Below, piece by piece: positions 8,301 to 16,426 of a stretch of 64,000 nucleotides of DNA. The translations under genes and the position numbers were made by a program. Within the stretch, counting starts at the first letter, position 1. The number at the start of each line of letters is the position of its first letter. The notes under the pieces were generated by a model. The model saw only the letters and a program-made list of their open reading frames with translations. It had not been told where the DNA came from and searched no databases. Source of the DNA: a virus; the IMG/VR virus record IMGVR_UViG_3300025163_000003. The stretch is one strand, 5' to 3'.

Positions 8301-10241
8301 ACTTCATCAGTAGAAGGAGTTCACTATGTTTATTGGGAAGATGGTGTTTCAGACTTACAATGGTCAACAGATTATTCAGACGCAGTTGGAGAAGGTAAAG
8401 GTTTAATTGCAATAATAGATAGAAAGACTTCCGAACCTTCTTCTATACTTCCTTTCAATACTTACAAACCAACTATAAGTGCAGGTGTAATAGCTGCCAA
8501 AAGTATTTTAGCTGAACATATACGAGCCAATCAGATAACAGCAGATCATATAGTAACAGGTGCTATTCACAGTGATCATATTGCAGCAGGACAAATAAAA
8601 AGTGATCATATTGCCACAAGTCAGATTGAAGCTAAACACATTAAAGCAGGAGAAATAACAGCTGAAAAGTTAACTGTTGGCTTTGCCAACTACTTACCAG
8701 ATGGTGATTTTGAAATAGGAGATCTTTCCAAAGAATGGCAAGTAGAAACTGGTTCTGCAAGTCTAGACACATATGCTTATTCAGGAAATTATTCACTAAA
8801 AGTAACAGCTGATTATTACAATTCCGACACAGGAAACTATGAGGGACGAGTTCACAGTAGAACTTATATTCCATGTATCGGTGGGGAACGATTTTATATA
8901 CGAGCTAGATTAGACACAACCAACAATGCAAAAGCAAGAATAGAAATAGCCTTCTATGATCAAAACAAAAGTTATATTTCTTCAACTACTGCAATCTCAC
9001 TTCCCTTTACAGGAATTGATTGGACAGAAGGAAAAGTCTCATTTACTGCACCAGACAATGCCTCTTACTTTAGAGTCTACTGTATTGCATTTGAAAGTAG
9101 TAGTGGAGTGAGTGCTAATTTTGATGATATTTATATCAGGAAACAAATCTTCACAGAAGATATAGATGATGATGCTATAGTAGCAAGTAAAATCGCAGCA
9201 GGAGAAGTCAAGACAGAACATATTAGATTCAGTGGTACTCAACCTTCTCAAGTTGAAGCAGGAATGTTATGGTATGATTCTTCAGAACATCTGATAAAAT
9301 TTGCAGAAGGCCCTAATGCAACTGATTGGTATTACATTCCCAAATATCCACTTTATGAATCTATGGCACCTCAAGAAAACTTCATACCAAATCAAAGTTT
9401 TGAGTATGATAGAGATGGTGATGGACAACCAGATTATTGGGAACATCACTGGGATGAAGGAGGATCACCAACTTATGATTATGTTTCCGACCATACAAGA
9501 AAGGGAGGCAAAGCTGTCAAAACAACATGTGACGTAGGTGAAAAGGCAGGTTGGATATCCACAGTCTATATTCCCGTCGCTGAAGGACAGAAATACTATG
9601 CCTCGGTCTGGATCTATTCTGGAAGTGCGAATGCTAGTGGAACAGTCTATTTATTGGCTGAATGTTATGATGCAGAGAAAAATTGGATCAACTACGTAAA
9701 TTTCGCATCAACAAGTCCTCCAGTAAGCAGTTGGAAACAAGTGAGCGGTGTAGCAACTATTCCAACTAACACACGATATATAAGACTAGCATTCAAACAT
9801 GTAAATGAAGATGGTACAAACACAAAATCTGTTTGGTGGGATGACGTAACTCTAAGTGAACTAAGAATGTTACCAGCTTCAGCCTACAGCTCTTCCAGTA
9901 GCGAACTGACTAATATGCTCGAAGGTCAACATACGTTACTAAGCAAAACAGTGTATTGCAATGAAGAATCTTACCTTTGGATTATTGCAATATTCAAAAG
10001 AAAGAATCAAACTACTCAAGTCAGTTTCTTCTTTAAAGTCGACGGGAATGTAAAAGGTCTTACTTGGCCAGTCCTTAGTGAATCCTCTGATTACGTGACT
10101 GATTGCATCCAAGCCCTAGTTCCAGTATCAAAAGGCGATCACACTGTAGAATTAATCTGTTCAGTTGGGTCCTCACCAGCAGCAGCCTCGGTGTATCACA
10201 GGTACATGGTAATTCAAGTCCTAAGACAAATTTCTGCTTAA
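5394..10241 (+). CDS. tail fibre / receptor-binding protein with FN3-like and tandem carbohydrate-binding-module-like domains
   Basis: 1615 aa. Two FN3-like segments (aa ~540-750). A five-fold decapeptide repeat HIxxGQIxxD (EHIRANQITAD HIVTGAIHSD HIAAGQIKSD HIATSQIEAK HIKAGEITAEK) encoded around 8510-8670. Two C-terminal CBM4/9-like jelly-roll-looking domains (YSLKVTADYY...ANFDDIYI and NQSFEYDRDGD...VWWDDVTLSE). Confidence 0.7.
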   Translation: MQYQVIIKDKNTGSTLYTIDEVKIEYVEIELNLSDLSRFHIKVLNDPPMDIEEGDLLYFQIQNIGTGLKTVIGGEILRAKKVIDEGENYLELEGEDFSALLQYKTITSAWEDTDATDIVLDVLSQFPEITTGTYESAGTISYSCTEKTGLEVLQDLHNYTGFEFYVTPNKELKWFDPNEHTGTTLTLSDLENYECYEEAHNIVNFVKVVGDYRSPYPENEAATESDTSNWTSKNGKTIELVNSGGLTPKVGDYCLRVGPYSGDASDEIVYDLGGTLDLTKPGCYKKIEAFYGFDFEGKQNLTTTMKIRLYTDDSNYFETPFGGHWGINITKYWEKKTAKVGPRRGVWYVYGSPDWSQITKVGFYFELSGYSDTWYFYLDGFQFTGGQYNATASDQTSQNTWGLRKAKTVKDNSLTSDEMCQEVANAIIANFKDPVPVLDNLELSEGNETLELGKLIDVQIPEGTFTDKKIVKIVHKIDDGDFITTLSLENPPKTINELVDSLKHRIEHEETEPIIEEEPSPSGTEYHPPPDMSEAVDTSPDPPSFTCANISVVRAESEIETKVAIQVSIPRVEEAGGYLVDYRRTDEPEWRSIIVEQPSAGPATVLISDVELGKDYEVHVASLSKLGTASNFVPDPPCVVTIEADTVPPPAPSTINAYELFNGILLEWPEVTAADLKCYNVLHNTINDLSSASTIAKIDATTYLWKVQDPSTDYAEQYFWVSAEDIYGNESDKTGPAKGTPARAKPIDLTIETRPWTSDIGIIEDHRTFGKFYYGSSPIYYDVSPDTITVGSNTYNQFVNYEPDSSANVVHTRSSSTSYYTTYWGVRVFKVDSSGNESEITDGNPVAIVSRTSDGEGVQTTTWSFPGCTLDPTDRICIKYYSRIGTSDWVEKLNVVTPELGVSSLPAQLWRFKYYTKRLTLYFDQYYTNNYLFFGKDKNTSFLGLADGFIKFADGSSKSILRDTDGTKLTSSVEGVHYVYWEDGVSDLQWSTDYSDAVGEGKGLIAIIDRKTSEPSSILPFNTYKPTISAGVIAAKSILAEHIRANQITADHIVTGAIHSDHIAAGQIKSDHIATSQIEAKHIKAGEITAEKLTVGFANYLPDGDFEIGDLSKEWQVETGSASLDTYAYSGNYSLKVTADYYNSDTGNYEGRVHSRTYIPCIGGERFYIRARLDTTNNAKARIEIAFYDQNKSYISSTTAISLPFTGIDWTEGKVSFTAPDNASYFRVYCIAFESSSGVSANFDDIYIRKQIFTEDIDDDAIVASKIAAGEVKTEHIRFSGTQPSQVEAGMLWYDSSEHLIKFAEGPNATDWYYIPKYPLYESMAPQENFIPNQSFEYDRDGDGQPDYWEHHWDEGGSPTYDYVSDHTRKGGKAVKTTCDVGEKAGWISTVYIPVAEGQKYYASVWIYSGSANASGTVYLLAECYDAEKNWINYVNFASTSPPVSSWKQVSGVATIPTNTRYIRLAFKHVNEDGTNTKSVWWDDVTLSELRMLPASAYSSSSSELTNMLEGQHTLLSKTVYCNEESYLWIIAIFKRKNQTTQVSFFFKVDGNVKGLTWPVLSESSDYVTDCIQALVPVSKGDHTVELICSVGSSPAAASVYHRYMVIQVLRQISA

Positions 10242-10291
10242 AGAAAAACTTAAAAATCTTAGAGTCTTTAATCACATTCGGGTGAAGAGAC

Positions 10292-10567
10292 TTGGAAGAT
10301 GACATCAGAGAAATCTTACAAAGGTTGACAAGAATAGAAAGTAAGATGGAAGAAGTCTCACATCAATTCGAAAGAATAGACAAACGACTAGATAGAATAA
10401 ATTCAGAAATGGGTTCTCTTGATTCAAGAATGGATGGACTGGACAGGAAGTTTGTGGCACAAGAAGAGAGATACAACAGAATGATATTCATCTGGAAAGT
10501 AGCAACAATGTTCCTTGCACCTATAATCACAACACTTATAATCTATGTCATTCAAAGTCTTTTGTAA
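10292..10567 (+). CDS. XhlA-like lysis-associated protein (N-terminal coiled coil + C-terminal TM helix)
   Basis: TTG start; coiled coil REILQRLTRIESKMEEVSHQFERIDKRLDRINSEMGSLDSRMDGLDRKF followed by TM segment IFIWKVATMFLAPIITTLIIYVIQSLL. Same architecture as PBSX XhlA. Confidence 0.45.
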   Translation: MEDDIREILQRLTRIESKMEEVSHQFERIDKRLDRINSEMGSLDSRMDGLDRKFVAQEERYNRMIFIWKVATMFLAPIITTLIIYVIQSLL

Positions 10568-11567
10568 GGTGGAATACATGGATCCAGTTGTAGAAGAAAT
10601 CTTCAAGAAACACTGGAAGAAATTGAAGAAACTCCCCAATGTTATTGGTTTTGATGGTAAGTTGAGACCAAGAGAAAGAAACAAACAACTTGTACCTGGC
10701 ACTCAAGTCTTCAGAGTTTATGTTTCTAAGAAAGTGCCCATTCATCAATTGAAAGACTCTGAAATAATACCTAGGAAATTGAAAGCGTCAAATTGTGAAG
10801 TTGAAGTTGACGTGGTAGAGATAGGAGAGATAAAAGCTTTGTCATTAAACAAACAAAGACACAGACCTGTTAAAGGTGGAATTTCAACCATGCACTATCA
10901 AGGTACTGCATGTACATTGAATGGTTTCTTTCGTGACAAAGAAACAGGGAAAATCTTAGTAGCATCCAACAATCATTGTTATGCAATGGAGAATAAAGCT
11001 AAGAAAGGAGATCCAGTATTACAACCTGCTCCTTATGATGGTGGAATACTAGGGAAAGACAACATTGGAAGATATTACAAATGTGTTGAAATAAAGTTCA
11101 ATGAATTCACTTGCCCTGTAAGAAACTTCTTCCATAGAATTTATCGTTTCTTCAAACGTGAACAACCTACTAACAAAGTAGACATTGCATTTGCTGAATT
11201 AGATGTTGACTATGAAGTAGCTGCCACTTATATTCAAAATGCTTACAAAGGGAAACGTCTACCAGAAGAAGGAGAACAAGTACAAAAGACAGGAAGAACT
11301 ACTGAACATACTGTAGGTGAAGTAGTTTCTCTACATTGGAATGGTCAAGTACAATACTCAAGAGGCATTGCCTTCTTCGTTGACTGTATACTCATCAAAG
11401 GACATCATTTCTCTCAAGGAGGAGACAGTGGTTCTCCTGTCTTTGACATGGAAGGAAACTACATAGGAGCATTATTTGCTGGAAGTGATGAGTACACTAT
11501 TGTCTGTAAAGTGACAAACATTGAAGAGGAAGCAGAAGTAGAATTAATAACGGAAGAGGAGAAATGA
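10545..11567 (+). CDS. chymotrypsin/trypsin-fold serine protease (candidate lysis enzyme)
   Basis: Catalytic His in ASNNHCYAME, Asp in NKVDIAFAELD, Ser in GGDSGSPVFDMEGNYIGALFAGS (GDSGxP signature). No signal peptide. Confidence 0.8.
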   Translation: MSFKVFCKVEYMDPVVEEIFKKHWKKLKKLPNVIGFDGKLRPRERNKQLVPGTQVFRVYVSKKVPIHQLKDSEIIPRKLKASNCEVEVDVVEIGEIKALSLNKQRHRPVKGGISTMHYQGTACTLNGFFRDKETGKILVASNNHCYAMENKAKKGDPVLQPAPYDGGILGKDNIGRYYKCVEIKFNEFTCPVRNFFHRIYRFFKREQPTNKVDIAFAELDVDYEVAATYIQNAYKGKRLPEEGEQVQKTGRTTEHTVGEVVSLHWNGQVQYSRGIAFFVDCILIKGHHFSQGGDSGSPVFDMEGNYIGALFAGSDEYTIVCKVTNIEEEAEVELITEEEK

Positions 11568-11791
11568 AAGGAAGAAGAATAAGAATTGTAGCCCACATTC
11601 TCTTCAACTTAGGATTTGTCACATTATTCTGGGGTGCATTTGAATTTGCATTTGAATTGGGTGTACCTGTATGGTCTGGAACATTTGGTTTTCCTATTCC
11701 TCATCATTATATTGTTGGTGCAATTATAGCTTACATAGGATATTTGATGTTAACATTTAAAAGAGGGAAGAAAGAAAATAGAAAGAGGTGA
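11564..11791 (+). CDS. holin-like small membrane protein (2 TM, basic C-tail)
   Basis: 75 aa with two hydrophobic helices (IVAHILFNLGFVTLFWGAF; IVGAIIAYIGYLMLTF) and a KRGKKENRKR tail. Start overlaps the protease stop. Confidence 0.4.
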   Translation: MKGRRIRIVAHILFNLGFVTLFWGAFEFAFELGVPVWSGTFGFPIPHHYIVGAIIAYIGYLMLTFKRGKKENRKR

Positions 11792-11798
11792 AGAAAGA

Positions 11799-12005
11799 AT
11801 GGCACAAGCTGGAGTACCTGAAAAAGACAAGCCATTCATACTGGCTTTGATATCTGCAGGTGTGACTATTTTGAATATTGCAATTATGGCCTATGGAGCA
11901 TTGACAGGAAATCAAGAAATGGTAACGTCTGCTATGGAGTCATTGAAATTCACATTTCCACTGACTACAATGGCATGGACATTCTACTTCAAGGCCAAGA
12001 GTTAG
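11799..12005 (+). CDS. holin-like small membrane protein (2 TM)
   Basis: 68 aa with two hydrophobic helices; last gene of the + strand block before the convergent terminator. Confidence 0.35.
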   Translation: MAQAGVPEKDKPFILALISAGVTILNIAIMAYGALTGNQEMVTSAMESLKFTFPLTTMAWTFYFKAKS

Positions 12006-12039
12006 AGGTACAACAAATGGATTGACTAGAAATCATAAT

Positions 12040-12104
12040 TGCCTATATAGCCTATTTCTTTTTCAAAGTGTTCTCTATATTCAAGAGAAGAAGAAAAGAG
12101 TAGT
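12040..12104. terminator. convergent intergenic region with oligo-T / pyrimidine-rich tracts (candidate bidirectional archaeal terminator)
   Basis: TTTCTTTTT at 12055-12063 lies after the + strand stop at 12003-12005. The reverse complement of 12064-12104 is CTCTTTTCTTCTTCTCTT after the minus-strand stop at 12105. This is the only strand switch in the window. Confidence 0.3.
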
Positions 12105-12362
12105 TTAGTCCCATAGCCAGAAAGCTACAATAACTAACATTAGACCTATCATGATCCAAGCACAGAACATTACATAGGCTTCAGTGTTCAACATGTACCA
12201 GAAAGGCAATACTTCAATAACTTTCTTGTCTGCCCAGACATAAGGAGCACATAACAAGTCTAGTTGCCACAGTCCTATCCAGAAGAGAGAAAGACCAAGT
12301 AACAAGAGAACTATTTCTTTAGTGTGTTTCTTTATCTTCTGAATGACATATCTCAATTTCAT
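12105..12362 (-). CDS. small membrane protein, paralog A
   Basis: 85 aa with 2 TM helices. Shares the motif WQLDLLCxPxVW and topology with 12375..12683. Confidence 0.4.
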   Translation of the reverse strand: MKLRYVIQKIKKHTKEIVLLLLGLSLFWIGLWQLDLLCAPYVWADKKVIEVLPFWYMLNTEAYVMFCAWIMIGLMLVIVAFWLWD

Positions 12363-12374
12363 CTTTATTCACCA

Positions 12375-12683
12375 CTACATTTCTTTGATGAGGCTGTAAA
12401 TAAACCATCCTAAGACAAGAATGAGACCAAAGAAACTAATGAAGTTCAGGAATAACAAAGTGTCATAAGCTTCACCAACTGTTGTCTTCCACAACCAACA
12501 CTGGAAATAGTCATCAGCATATCTGCCTATAGGATGACACCATCCTGGTTCCCATACTGGTCTTACACATATCAGATCCAATTGCCAAATAGCAAACTGA
12601 TGAACTACAATGCAAAGTGCTACTAAGACAAATACCCATACCAATTGTTTCCTGTATTTCTTAGCAAATGCACGCAACTTCAA
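12375..12683 (-). CDS. small membrane protein, paralog B
   Basis: 102 aa; WQLDLICVRPVWEPGWCHP motif between TM helices; tandem duplicate of 12105..12362. Confidence 0.4.
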   Translation of the reverse strand: MKLRAFAKKYRKQLVWVFVLVALCIVVHQFAIWQLDLICVRPVWEPGWCHPIGRYADDYFQCWLWKTTVGEAYDTLLFLNFISFFGLILVLGWFIYSLIKEM

Positions 12684-12952
12684 CTTTCTATCCCTCTTTC
12701 TATTTCTTTCTTTTCACCCATTTTAATTCTTCTATAATGCACATTTTCTACTAGACCAAACTTCTTTAGAATTCTGAGAACAAAAGAGGCTTGGTGTTGT
12801 TGATACTTCAATGGATATTCACCTTCAATACAGTACAGTCTTCCATTAGTCTTTGAAATTAGGACAAGAGGTTTGTTGTCATATTGCACACCAATGAATG
12901 AAGGAGTCTCAAAGACATTGACTGTTCCTTTGATGTTCAGAAGACCATACAA
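12680..12952 (-). CDS. hypothetical protein
   Basis: 90-aa ORF with TTG start and no nearby ATG; extent uncertain. Confidence 0.25.
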   Translation of the reverse strand: MYGLLNIKGTVNVFETPSFIGVQYDNKPLVLISKTNGRLYCIEGEYPLKYQQHQASFVLRILKKFGLVENVHYRRIKMGEKKEIERGIES

Positions 12953-13143
12953 AGTCTTGAGTGTTGAAGCTGTGAGTTTCTCTGTCTTGATTCTACTGTA
13001 ACTGATAACTTCTGCTCTGTTTCTATGATACTGTACTGGTTGTACTTCAACAATTCTCCATTCTCTATTCTCTTGACTAACACAACAACTGTCAAAACCC
13101 AGATAGGTTTTAGATATACTGTCCCAGATAGGACAAGACGTTA

Positions 13144-14043
13144 TTAATTCCCTCCATCTTCAGGAGAGTTCACCTGATAGTGATCCTCTCCTGTTATGAC
13201 TTTCAACAGTCCCTCCTCCAAAGATATTTTAGGTTTCCAACCTAATTTTCTTATCTTGTTGTCTTCTTTTATTTCTTTCCTTTCCCAGTTGACAGGTGGT
13301 TCTGCATCAGTTAATATGACAGGTTTGAAACCATACATTAGTTGTCCTATTAGCAGTCCAAGTTCATAAATTGTCAGTTGATGATTTGTTCCTACCTCAT
13401 ATATTTCTCCCACTTCTCCTTTTTCCATGACTGTTATTAGAGCTTCAACTGCATCAGTGATGTATACAAAGTCTCTTACATCAAGTCCAGTTCCTCTGAT
13501 GTGTAACACATTTGGATTTCTTCTAAGTTTCTCTATGAAGTCAGGAATGACAAAACCTAGTCTCTGTCCTGGTCCATAAACATTCCAGAATCTGACAATA
13601 CTTGCATTCAACTTACGTTTCTTGACTGCTGAAAGAATGTATTTCTCTGCTGTTCTCTTGCTTATAGCATAATGAGAGTCAGGAGCATACTTTATTTGTG
13701 CAGTTGAAGTGAAGATCATCCTACAACGATATTTCACAGCCAAGTCTATTACATTCAATGTTCCAATCACATTTATTTTCAAGTCCCATCTAGGATTTAT
13801 AGTAGCTATTCTTGGTTCAGGATTAGCAGCAAGATGGAAGACAACGTCACAATCTTTCAACAGTGTATCCAACTGGAACAGATCTGTCACATCACAATAT
13901 TTCCAATATCTTCTAAGTTTTCCATCTCTGGGTTCTTTTATGTCAGCTATAATGACTTCATGTCCATCTTTCAAGAGTCTTCTAGCTAGATACGTTCCTA
14001 TGAAACCTGAACCACCAGTTATTACAATTTTCACTTCAGACAC
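13144..14043 (-). CDS. NAD-dependent nucleotide-sugar epimerase/dehydratase (extended SDR)
   Basis: Rossmann motif ITGGSGFIGTYLARRLL and catalytic YxxxK (YAISK). Confidence 0.85.
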   Translation of the reverse strand: MSEVKIVITGGSGFIGTYLARRLLKDGHEVIIADIKEPRDGKLRRYWKYCDVTDLFQLDTLLKDCDVVFHLAANPEPRIATINPRWDLKINVIGTLNVIDLAVKYRCRMIFTSTAQIKYAPDSHYAISKRTAEKYILSAVKKRKLNASIVRFWNVYGPGQRLGFVIPDFIEKLRRNPNVLHIRGTGLDVRDFVYITDAVEALITVMEKGEVGEIYEVGTNHQLTIYELGLLIGQLMYGFKPVILTDAEPPVNWERKEIKEDNKIRKLGWKPKISLEEGLLKVITGEDHYQVNSPEDGGN

Positions 14044-15134
14044 CTCTTCACTACATCTACTACTTCTTTAGCTTCTTCCTCTGTCAACTTGTTGTGTATA
14101 GGTAGAGAGACTATTCGTTTATAGACATATTCTGCATTATGGTGTTGTGTGTGCTGGAAACACCAAGACTTTTGTAGGTGTACTGGCTTCCATGTAATTT
14201 TAAGTTGAATTCCTTCTTTCAAAGCTTCTTTCACAATTTTCAGTTGTTTCTTTCTTGGTACTAGTATTCCAAATAAGAAATAAGGATGGACACATGGATG
14301 GTATTCTCTTGGAACACACTGATATTCCACTGTGTCACCTAATTCATCTTTATAAAGAGAAGCTATTTCTTGTCTGTGCCGTAGAAACTTAGATAATTTC
14401 TTCATCTGAACAACACCTATAGCAGCTGAAGTCTCTGGCATTCTAAAGTTGAACCCTATTCTTGAATGTTTGTATTCCCATGGTTGTTTCTTCTTGTAAT
14501 ATCCTTGGTTCACTATTGCTTTCATCTCTTCATAGAAGATCTTATTGTCAGTTAATATTGCACCTCCTTCTCCTGTGGTAACTATCTTAGCTGAGTGGAA
14601 AGAGAAAGTAGTTATATCAGCAATTGAACCTAACCGTTTGCCCTTGTACATTCCACCTAATCCTTCAGCTGCATCGTCCACCACTACTAATCCTTCTCTC
14701 ATCAAAAGATCATAGTCAGCAGATAGTCCTCCAACATCTGTTGCTACTATAACATTCTTCTCTTTCACTTTAGAGACTTCATATGGATCAATGTTCCAAG
14801 TATCTTTCTGGCAGTCAACTAAAGTGATCTTGTCAGCAAAAGGAACAGCAGCATTTACAGTTGCTATGAAAGTAAAAGTAGGAGCACACAATTTTAGTTC
14901 TCCCAGAAATTCTTTCAGGAAGAAATATACTGTCATCAATGCAGTAGTTCCATTGCAAGTAGCTATTGCATATTTTGCTCCTGTATATTGACAAAGTTTT
15001 CTTTCAAACTCTCTTACCAGTGGTCCATTTCCACCTATCCAAGTAGAATCTACAACTTCATTTAAGATTTCACGTTCTTCTTCACCAATATCTGGACAAG
15101 CCCAAGGTATTCTTATTTTGTATCTAGTACCCAT
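14031..15134 (-). CDS. DegT/DnrJ/EryC1/StrS-family PLP-dependent sugar aminotransferase
   Basis: Motif FSFHSAKIVTTGEGGAILTDN (PLP-lysine context) and overall ~367-aa size. Confidence 0.85.
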   Translation of the reverse strand: MGTRYKIRIPWACPDIGEEEREILNEVVDSTWIGGNGPLVREFERKLCQYTGAKYAIATCNGTTALMTVYFFLKEFLGELKLCAPTFTFIATVNAAVPFADKITLVDCQKDTWNIDPYEVSKVKEKNVIVATDVGGLSADYDLLMREGLVVVDDAAEGLGGMYKGKRLGSIADITTFSFHSAKIVTTGEGGAILTDNKIFYEEMKAIVNQGYYKKKQPWEYKHSRIGFNFRMPETSAAIGVVQMKKLSKFLRHRQEIASLYKDELGDTVEYQCVPREYHPCVHPYFLFGILVPRKKQLKIVKEALKEGIQLKITWKPVHLQKSWCFQHTQHHNAEYVYKRIVSLPIHNKLTEEEAKEVVDVVKRCLK

Positions 15135-15922
15135 TTGTCTCCTCTCCTCACATATCCTACTTTTTCAAGTTCTGACTCAGGAAGAACTCCTCTCTGAACA
15201 TAATATTCAACTGGAAGATGATATTCTCCCTCCTTAAGAACATTAGCATGATAAATTTTGATGTATGGAAGAGCATAGACTTTGTATCCTAGTTTTCTTG
15301 CATTCTTACAAAATTGTAGATGTGGAGCAGGATTCTCCCATCTGACTCTCTTGAAGACTTCTCCTTTTATCAGTATGAAAGTACCAACAGAATCAAGTTC
15401 AACAGGTTTCTTTTCATCTTTGAATGGTGGATTCAAGGAGTCATAGACTTTACCATTCAAGACTACTTTGTCAAATCTATACCCATTTATTCTGAAGACA
15501 TAAGTGTCAAAGAACTGTTTTGTTCCTTCAATGTAGACATAAGGAGCAACAATGTCTTTGTTCACTTTCACCATTTCCTTGAGGGTATTTCTCGGGACTT
15601 GAACAACATCAGTATCAGCAAACAGGACATACTCTTCATCTTTATAGAGTTCCTTGAATGCATTGCACAATTCAGCCACATACAATGAACTTCTAACTGG
15701 CATGTGAATAGGAAATTCTTCATACACTTCATACTTGTAGGAATGTTTCTTGTGAAAGTCAAGAATTATTTGTAAAGTGTTGTCCTTTGACTTTCCATAG
15801 ATCCATACCCAACGTAATTTAGTTTTAGGATAATCCAACTTATTCATAGTTGCTAGAAAACGAGGAAGATACTTGGCATCATTCTTGGTCAATAGACAAA
15901 TCATTATTCTAGGCCACTTCAT
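15113..15922 (-). CDS. GT-A fold glycosyltransferase (GT2-like)
   Basis: N-terminal MICLLTKNDAKYLPRFLATMNKLDYP and DxD-like FADTDVVQV; lies between the aminotransferase and the acetyltransferase. Confidence 0.5.
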   Translation of the reverse strand: MKWPRIMICLLTKNDAKYLPRFLATMNKLDYPKTKLRWVWIYGKSKDNTLQIILDFHKKHSYKYEVYEEFPIHMPVRSSLYVAELCNAFKELYKDEEYVLFADTDVVQVPRNTLKEMVKVNKDIVAPYVYIEGTKQFFDTYVFRINGYRFDKVVLNGKVYDSLNPPFKDEKKPVELDSVGTFILIKGEVFKRVRWENPAPHLQFCKNARKLGYKVYALPYIKIYHANVLKEGEYHLPVEYYVQRGVLPESELEKVGYVRRGDKWVLDTK

Positions 15923-16424
15923 TTCTTTTCACCTCTTTCAGAACAAGTTCCATTTCACATCTTGTTTTATTGTCTGGGAAGAAAGTAACTATCTTCCATC
16001 CAAATTTCTGATACAATTTCAAGGCAGCTTTATTTCTTGTGTCCACAGAAAGACATATTTTCTCTACTCCCAGTTCTCTTGCTATTCTTAAAATGTACTT
16101 GACATGTTCAGTCCCTATTTTTCTTCCTCTGTAAGATGGATGAACTACTATTCCAAATCTACAGTGTTTCTTGTTGGGATAGAATCTGTCCAAATATGCA
16201 AGAGAGATAATCTTGTCATCAAGTGTTCCAACAGTGAAGAGGACATTGTCAGTTGAAAGAATATTAGAGTAAGCAGTTTCTGCATCTCTTCCAAATCTAT
16301 ACCAATGTCTCCATGTTTCTTCATCCAGTTCATTCAGGAATTCTTTAAGTTTTCTCTTGTCTGTCAAACATGAGAATTTTACTCTTTCCATTGTTGAGTT
16401 GAAAGATGTTTGCAATATCTTCAC
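15909..16424 (-). CDS. GNAT-family N-acetyltransferase
   Basis: Acetyl-CoA-binding motif VHPSYRGRKIGTEHVKYILRIARELGVEKICLSV...ALKLYQKFGWK. Confidence 0.75.
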   Translation of the reverse strand: MKILQTSFNSTMERVKFSCLTDKRKLKEFLNELDEETWRHWYRFGRDAETAYSNILSTDNVLFTVGTLDDKIISLAYLDRFYPNKKHCRFGIVVHPSYRGRKIGTEHVKYILRIARELGVEKICLSVDTRNKAALKLYQKFGWKIVTFFPDNKTRCEMELVLKEVKRNEVA

Positions 16425-16426
16425 CT

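Noticed and set aside
6156-10305. Antisense or alternate-frame ORFs within and at the end of the tail-fibre gene (6156..6365, 8641..8874, 9039..9251, 9301..9537, 10075..10305, 10103..10285)
   Set aside because: They overlap the 1615-aa fibre ORF, which has clear domain structure, and show no motifs.
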